A stretch of DNA of 64,000 nucleotides from NCBI RefSeq assembly GCF_009914755.1, contig NC_060925.1; one strand, written 5' to 3'. Every line of letters starts with the position of its first letter. Positions within the stretch are counted from its first letter, which is position 1. Position numbers and translations under genes: made by a program. The DNA is from the human T2T-CHM13v2.0 reference genome, Homo sapiens. Of the stretch, positions 55,764 to 64,000 are shown piece by piece. The notes beneath the pieces were generated by a model that had not been told where the DNA came from, searched no databases, and saw only the letters and a program-made list of their open reading frames with translations.

Positions 55764-56061
55764 TTTCCTTTCTTTCATTTTTCTTTCTTTCTTTTTTTTT
55801 TTAGGGAGTCTCCCTCTGTCACCACGGCTGGAGTGCAGTGGTATGATCTCAGATCACTGGTTTCAAGTGATTCTCCTGCCTCAGCCTCCTGAGTAGCGAG
55901 ATTATAGGCACCTACCACCATGCCCAGCTAATTTTTGTATTTTTAGTAGCAACAGGGTTTCACCATGTTGGCCAGGCTGGTCTCGAACTCCTGACCTCAA
56001 GTGATCTGCCCGCCTCGGCCTCCCTAAGTGCCATTACAGGTGTGAGCCACCACACCCAGCC
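55764..56061 (-). mobile_element. Alu SINE (AluS) with small right-arm deletion
   Basis: Dimer; tcactg joins gtttcaag, missing the caacctccgcctcc segment. Confidence 0.93.
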
Positions 56062-57339
56062 TGATTTCTTTGCTTCTCTCACAGGGAGTGACACCAACAT
56101 CCAACTTCTTTTATAATCAGAAACAGAGAAATTATCCTTAGCATCTATTTTTTTTAATCACCATTATCCACTTCATCTCCAAGTCTTTCCCTCTTCTTGG
56201 AAAATGATTACAGGAACAATCACATGAAATTCCAAGAAAAAAATATAAATATACATATCCCAGAAGTGGCATCTGTCTTCTCGGTACACTCTTTGGAAAG
56301 TGGTTCTAGGCGCTTTACATTTTGCCTGAGCATGACCCAGGATTCAGGCCAGATGGGTACCCTTGACTCACTGTGCCCTTGGTGCTATTTTTCTCTGACT
56401 CAAAATTGTATGCCCACATCTGTGGTTGATACGAATATATCATGTTGATGGTTTTTCAGATGATAAAGAGATTCATTCTAAAGTAAATCTTTCCTTGTGT
56501 CAAATACCAAAGTCAAAATGCATGCTTACTTCCTTCCCATAAACGGGCTTCCTCAGATGTATTTTTTTCAGAATTAGTTAGTAAAATGACAAGCTACAAT
56601 GGCTTATTCCTAGCTTTCTAGGGCTGGGGCTGTACGTGAGTATTTACACCAAGGAAACTGGCAAACAATACAAATCAGGTGAGGTGGTTTTATTCCCCCT
56701 GGAAGAGCCAGTTTACCAGCACATCACTGAAAAGCGTTTTTCTTTCATTGTTTCCTTCTTAGCAAATAAAAAGATCCATAGTGTCCTTCATTAACACCCA
56801 TCTTTTTCTCCTCCTTTCCTTTAGCCATGGAAACTAACCAGCAGTTCCTCTTGCTCCTTGACACACAGCTAACCATATTCCAGCCACTCTTAAGCTTATA
56901 TAAGGTCATGAGATGAGTTTTCCTCCATGGAAAGAGAGCAGAAGTGACAGGAGCCTCCCCATACTTGGTCCATAAAACCCTCCCCCAAACAATATCCCAT
57001 ATGGTCTCCTTTTTTGCAGATGATAGATACAGGAAACTGTGGATGCTGTGTATTGAGGTCAGAAAGCCACAAGATAGAAGGAGCTTGGCCTTGAAATCAT
57101 CACTTGAAAGAGACTCACCCCAATCAGGAATACCCATTAGAAACTTTATGTGAAGGAAAAATTAACTTTTATTATGTTTGAACATCAAATATTTGGGAGT
57201 TTGTTTGATACTCCAACCACCACTGCTGTAACTAAACACTCTCTTTCCCCTCTTCTTTCAACAATTCCTCCCACCAGCTACTATGATAAATCTGGAGATG
57301 AGGAATGGTCAAGATTAGGAAGAAAGAAATAGGGGACCT

Positions 57340-57635
<296 letters not shown>

Positions 57636-58879
57636 TCCAGATTATCTACTATATATAGTATTATGTACCCCCTCTCCCCCCATAAACTGGTATAAGGAAT
57701 CTATTTGGGGGTATTTGGGATTGTTGTGTTCTCAAAAATTTAACAATCATAGCTCTGAGGCTTAATCACTTGTATGTGTTACAAAACCAGATGGTTCAAG
57801 TGGGTGTTTGTTTACAAGCTCTTTGCATAAGGTTTTTAGCTGTTTTTTAGACCAAAGCTGAATATTTCCACTAAGAAATAAGGCACTGAGGAATTAATGA
57901 AAAACCACTGGATTTCATAAGTCCCTGGGTTTCCTGCCTTCACTCTGACACCATTTGGTGCACTTTTTCAAGGATCTACTTAGGGCCCCCAAAACAAGAA
58001 CATAAGCTTAGAGCACTTTGAGTTCTAGTTTATGGGACCTCAGCATACTTTGGGAGAAGGAGGCCTCTCCCCTGGGCTCAGCATTGTTCTGGATGCTGTC
58101 AGTGAATCAACTAGGAAAGAAGAGAGCGCTCTGCCTTCCCAACACCTTCACCATGCTGAAGCTCTAGAATGTATTATGTTTCCTGTTTTAACTGGCTTCT
58201 CCCACTGGGTTGTTTTGACCAGCCACATCCATCTCCAGCTCCCTCCTTCTGGATTTAGATGAAAGGAGAGAGAAAACTTTCCTGGTGATTCCCTCATTCT
58301 TTGTTTCCTCTACATTAACCACATGGCCACTATCTGCAAACATGCAAAGGCACAGGTTTATTTACTGCAAAATAAGTGAAATAATGTTGAAGGTTTCTTA
58401 AGGGAGAATAAAAGGTTTCATCAAGTCACAAACTTTTATGGCTTTGAAAAGATAAGCATGTGTTTCTGGTTTTCTGGATGAGAACATTACCCCTCTCCTG
58501 GCACACTATCCACTTTGTACTTAACCTTCTTTCAACAGAAAGAAAGGCAGTCAATGCTTGCTTCTCTTCATTTTTAACAAGATTAATAATGTCCATCATA
58601 GTTAGCACCCATGATATTAACGTCTGAGATCATAAGTGTTACCTAAACTGGTCTCTTTCCTGTCACCACCTAATCACTTTCAAAAAAATTACAATATTTG
58701 AGGTGAAAAAGGCAAGGAAAGTACATGAATATCTTGACATTTCTGTGAGCTTGTCTCTGTCATCTTCTACAACAAATGAGCAAGAAATTATAAACGAACC
58801 AAAAATGTGTTTCATCATTATCATTTGATTATTCTCTTTTACTAGTTTAGGGAGGGGAAAGAACTGACTTTTTCCAAAC

Positions 58880-59176
<297 letters not shown>

Positions 59177-60778
59177 CTTACTTCTTTTGAGTTACTTCAG
59201 CAAAATGAGGTATTATTTGACTATGTCTTCAGGATAAGGAATGTGCTTCATTTACTATTATCTAGAGAGCAACGTGGTTTCTGGCCCATAATTGGTGTTC
59301 CATAATCGTATGTTGAATGAACTACTAGAGATGACTAACTTCCAGTTCTAATGAACTCAAAACTTAATATATGTCATTAGACTTTACAATGTAAAGTAGG
59401 AACACCTAGATAAATTAGGAAATTCACGATTTATGTGACTGTTTTGCCCCCTATTCTGAAGGTAACTTTTAAGAAAGAGTTTTTTCGTTGTTTATAGCTT
59501 TTAGTAAAGGAGAGTGTATCTGGTGAAATTCAAAAGACTTGAAATACTGCCTTGATTTTCAACAAAAGAAATCAAGCTTAGAAAATACTTGTCTATGGAA
59601 ACAGCATCCACCATATAGTAGTGAACTCTCAATTAAAACTTGTTAAATGAATTAATATCAAGCAGCTTCATATCAAAGTAAAGACCTAGGTTGAGTGCAA
59701 AAGGTTAAACAAAAACTCAATTCCTGATTTGCTGACTGTCCTATATTTTATTTGTCTATTATTATAAGCAATGATTATCTATTTGTGACATAGACCATTT
59801 TACACAATTATTGAAGATGTTCAAAAACTCTTTCAGAAATTCGTATTCTTAGTTGTATCCCTGTTCTGAAAGCACATTTCTCTTATTTTTAAAAAAATAT
59901 ATGGAGTATCCACCTATTGAGAGGTGTCATAATATAGAACTTGCATGAGACATTGACCGTGAAATTTAGTTTAAAATTAGTGGTCACATGAAATGAGCAT
60001 GTTTAAAACCGAGATGTGATATCTTCTAATTACAATCCTCTAACAAACACTGGGAAAATCTATGATGGTCTCAGCACACACAGAACTCCTTCTCTGCAGA
60101 TCAAAAGAGAGTGGAAAAGACCAGCAGTAGCCATGAAATATCACTTGTATCCACTATTTATGTTTTATATCCTGTCAACAGCAGCATGTTCATTTAGCAT
60201 CAGACACAACTTATTCAGGGACTTAGATGATGCAGCAAGTGTCAATACTGATGTCACTATTTATAGCCCAATAAACTATACTTTGAACAATATTAGTAAC
60301 ATTAAGCTTAGGTAGCGCTCCTAGTATTAATGCCTTAATACAGACATATTGCTATAAGCATAGTTTATAGCATGGAACATAAACACAAATGCAGTGATAC
60401 TAATAAATCACTTTCTTGACTGCTTAAAAATGTACTGCCAAAATGGGCTTTACGCATTACACAATGGAGCAGAAGGCAGTGATATATATTTAAATTTTCC
60501 ATTTTTAAGCTGTCACTCAAAAACTTTCATACTTTTTTTAGCTTATTGATCTTACGGGCTTGTGATAAGACTTCAACTGCTTGGTTGGGCTGTTTTTAGC
60601 TTCCGCTTCTTATTAAAAGAGCTAAATCAGGAATCACAAAATGCTACTAATTTAGCACTTTCCAGTAGAAATGAAAACTAAAAACAGCACCAAAATAGTG
60701 TAACCCTCATGTTTTATTGCCCTAGAATCCCAGATTTAACTACTATATAGCATAATAATGGGTATAATGGAACTATCA

Positions 60779-60781
<3 letters not shown>

Positions 60782-60816
<35 letters not shown>
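60782..60816. repeat. (TG)17 microsatellite
   Basis: Pure run. Confidence 0.95.
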
Positions 60817-60819
<3 letters not shown>

Positions 60820-60902
60820 CAGCAAAAAATAAAAGCTTGCATTAAATATGCTTAAATAATTATTACAGAATTCTGACTCTTGTTAAGTATTTTGCATAAG
60901 AA

Positions 60903-60974
60903 AACACACACACAGACATATACACATACTATATATACATATGTTTGCATATATATATATATAATATATACATA
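60903..60974. repeat. CA/TA low-complexity repeat
   Basis: Direct inspection. Confidence 0.75.
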
Positions 60975-63962
60975 AAGGTTCTGCACTTCTATTTCCTACT
61001 CTTTCTTTAATTAACAAAGAAACACACATCCTGAATTCCTTAATGTTTTGGCCACTTCTTACCATAAATACACAACCTGCATCCAAACAATCTAAATATC
61101 ATCAGTAGAACAGCTAGAGTGATGGCCACATCTGATCAATCAACTTGTGTAAACGATCTCTGCCCCACACCTTGCCAACACCCCCACTGGTCTTTGAGTG
61201 GCAAATTATATACCACAACCCGAAAACTTTCAAATGCTGATTTGGGGCTCAGAACACTGTCCTCTCAAACCTGTGACTGCTCTCACATTAGACTTTCTAC
61301 AACCTCTTCAGGAAAGGGTGATTTGTTTTCTCCCCTCAGTGCTGGCCCCAAAGTTCAAGGCTTAGTGTAGAAGAGATAGTGGCCCTCATAGCTAATTGCC
61401 CATATTTTGCAAAGGGCAGCGTGGAAACGGGAAGCCACAGCCTTACAAGGACAGGATCCCTAATAAATATTCCCATGATGAATGAGTTGTGTGGTCATGG
61501 TCAGGGATCTTATTGCATTCCTGAATCTTACCCATTCAGATATGACAGAGCACTAGGTTTGTTATTATTCCCCCATGGCATCCTCCTGTGGCATCCTAAC
61601 CAGTAAAGATGGTAGTAGCAACTATGAAACAGACACAAAATTTATTCTTGGCAAAAATAGCTGCTGGAATTTTTGTCACTGTCATTATATCCACCTTCTG
61701 AGAGGATCCTGAGAGTCATGCAAGATAGCAAAATTGGTTAAAAATACATACATAACAAAGAAAAGGGTTATTTTTTCTTAGTATGTCTAGAATCATCAGT
61801 CTTCCAGAAACAGCTCCTATTGTCAATAATTTTAAACTTCTTGCAACATTTCCAACTGAGCCCCCAGATCTTTCCTGGCACTGTTTTACTGTCAGCTACT
61901 AGCACATGGACACCACCAAGAGTCATCAATTTTCTACAGAGCTCGCTGTTTCATTTTTGTACCCCTCACTTCCACGAATTCAACTGCTTCTTTGAACATT
62001 GCCTCACAATCACTCACATTGGGCCACTTCAGCATGTCTACAATCTGCATATGTATATGTATGTGGGAGCATGCACACCAAACCACAGAGGCACATTTCC
62101 ATTTCTCCCCCACATAAATATGGTGATGAATTGGCTGCTTCGAGCTTTTCTGACAGCCAGTCGAAATGGTAGCTACAATGACCAGGGGATGGCCTAGTTC
62201 CTCCATGCAGAAAGGTATTCAGCACACGTAATAATTATCCATCCATCTCGTTCACACTAAAGGCATGGCAATGCAATTTTAGCCTTATAATCAAGACCAT
62301 ATGACAAAAACCAAGGCCATTAGGGACCAATTTCGAGTATTCTCTGCAAGACAATGATTTTCCAACTGCACTTACATATGCTGAATAGTTACCTCTGCAC
62401 GACCGCACCTGCTCTCATTTATGTAACCCCCCTGTTTTCCAAAGCCTTTCTTAGTAATGCAATAGAGCAAAGTTTTAAAGGCTCACAGGCGTTTTTTCCC
62501 ATCATTATTTTTTTTCATTTTCCTAAGCATACTATGAAAATACTGAGGGTAAAATCTCTGCTCATGCCAATGACCATATTTCAGAGATTTGTTGTCTTCT
62601 TTTCTGTTCCCTATCCCCGATACCTTCATCCTCCCTCTTGGCCCTGCTTGCTTTCCTTTGAACTGAGGCATGGTCTTCAGTTCAGGCCCATAATTACTTC
62701 ACATGTACTTCTGACCTCACCACTTCAGGTTCAGTGACATAATAGTGTTATCTCTGAAAGGACGTGATGTCATCATAAATCACAGAGCTGTACAGGCAAA
62801 GGTTCTACTTGCAAAGAGGAAGAATGCTAAAATTATTTGGAAATTATATAAAATATAGCTCAAGTATTCTTTTGTGTCTTATTTCAAAATGCTTAAAGAA
62901 ATAATATAACAGATATAATTATAACTATTAAAACAATCATATGGTTTATCATTAATGATATATCAATTTGGGGGGTAATGAAAAAAACATAAGACTAGTA
63001 AGAAGGAAAACATTAAAAAACCTATGCAAAATCGAAAATGGCCCAGACACTTTATATTACTATCATTACTTTAGATTTTCTATAGATTCCATGCTCCTTC
63101 CTATTTTTCAATTGTTAAAGAGAAGATAAATATCTCTAAAACATCACTTAATTGTCATCTTGGTTCTTTAGCTTATGAGCCAAGTTACATCATATCTCAT
63201 CTCTGAACGTATTTTTTAGATTATGAGATAATGGACTTGTTAATATGAGTGCAATCAGTATTTTTTTAATTGCACTACTCCATGGATAAAAAAATGCTAT
63301 AAGTAATAACTCAACATATTAAAAAAAATAAAAACTTCAACACAGCCCCTCTCCACTGAAGAAGTCTTCACACCTCTTGGATGGCCATTTTCAGGAAAGC
63401 TCTGTAAAGATACTCAAGAACTCCCTATCCCTGCATTGGGGCCATCAAAACCAAGTTCAGTTTGCTTCATTCTATATCCTGGAAATTCCATCATTATTCC
63501 TACTTCTTGCTGCTTAATTTAACATGATGAATCTTGGCCTCTTCTAGGGAAACAAGAGCAGAGTGCATTATGCAATTTTCAATATAACGCACTAAAGGCT
63601 CCTAATTACTTGATTTAGGCATATGTAAATAAGAAGACCTTATATAAAATGAGTCAAAGATCATGCCTTGAGCATTCCACCAGTTGAACAATATTCTGAT
63701 TACCTAATCAGGTTCTAAATGTATGTATAATGTATGCCTCAGAATATCAAGGCTATCACATATAAAGCAGTATGGTTCACGTTAATATATATGCTATGTT
63801 TCTTCAATTAAGACACTTGCCAGCTGACAGGCAGAGGAGTAAGTTGTGACATCTCAGTAGTGATCCTGCCTGAGCATGTGTGAACTTAGCTGTTCATCTG
63901 ATTGTCACTTCATTGGTACTATTTGCATTGGCAACAGCATATGGAGTTGGGTTTCTGTTCCC

Positions 63963-64000
63963 TTTACTTTTAGTTGACATGTAATAATTGTACATATTTA
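63963..64000 (-). mobile_element. Extreme 3' end of a LINE-1 (L1MA-like), running off the window
   Basis: ttttagttgacatgtaataattgtacatattta matches the L1MA 3' terminus reverse complement. Confidence 0.6.

Overview
Non-coding primate (human-like) genomic DNA that reads as a large intron or intergenic interval; I cannot name the locus. No protein-coding gene, RNA gene, CpG island or CRISPR-like array is supportable. The ORF track is explained by Alu, L1, LTR and microsatellite sequence and by chance. The one clear protein homology is a decayed LINE-1 ORF2p C-terminus at 51.4-51.9 kb. Repeats: 18 Alus (AluJ/AluS types, none with AluY diagnostics, most with readable TSDs), several L1 3' fragments, three solo LTRs (THE1, MER21, MLT1H-like), MER2, MER5-type elements and many MIR/L2 relics, several of them nested. 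I found no evidence of a new multi-component biological system. Best candidates for follow-up: (1) interlocking palindromes at 57578-57635; (2) a 219-nt purine Alu tail grading through pentamer motifs (21232-21450); (3) a 21-bp-phased ATATGG/CATATG array (139-209); (4) minus-strand exon-like cassettes (29737-29835, 45718-45755) and a recursive-splice-like CAG|GTCAGT junction (4843/4844); (5) enhancer/promoter-like motif clusters. Subfamily names come from my recall of consensus sequences, and the ends of old repeats are approximate.
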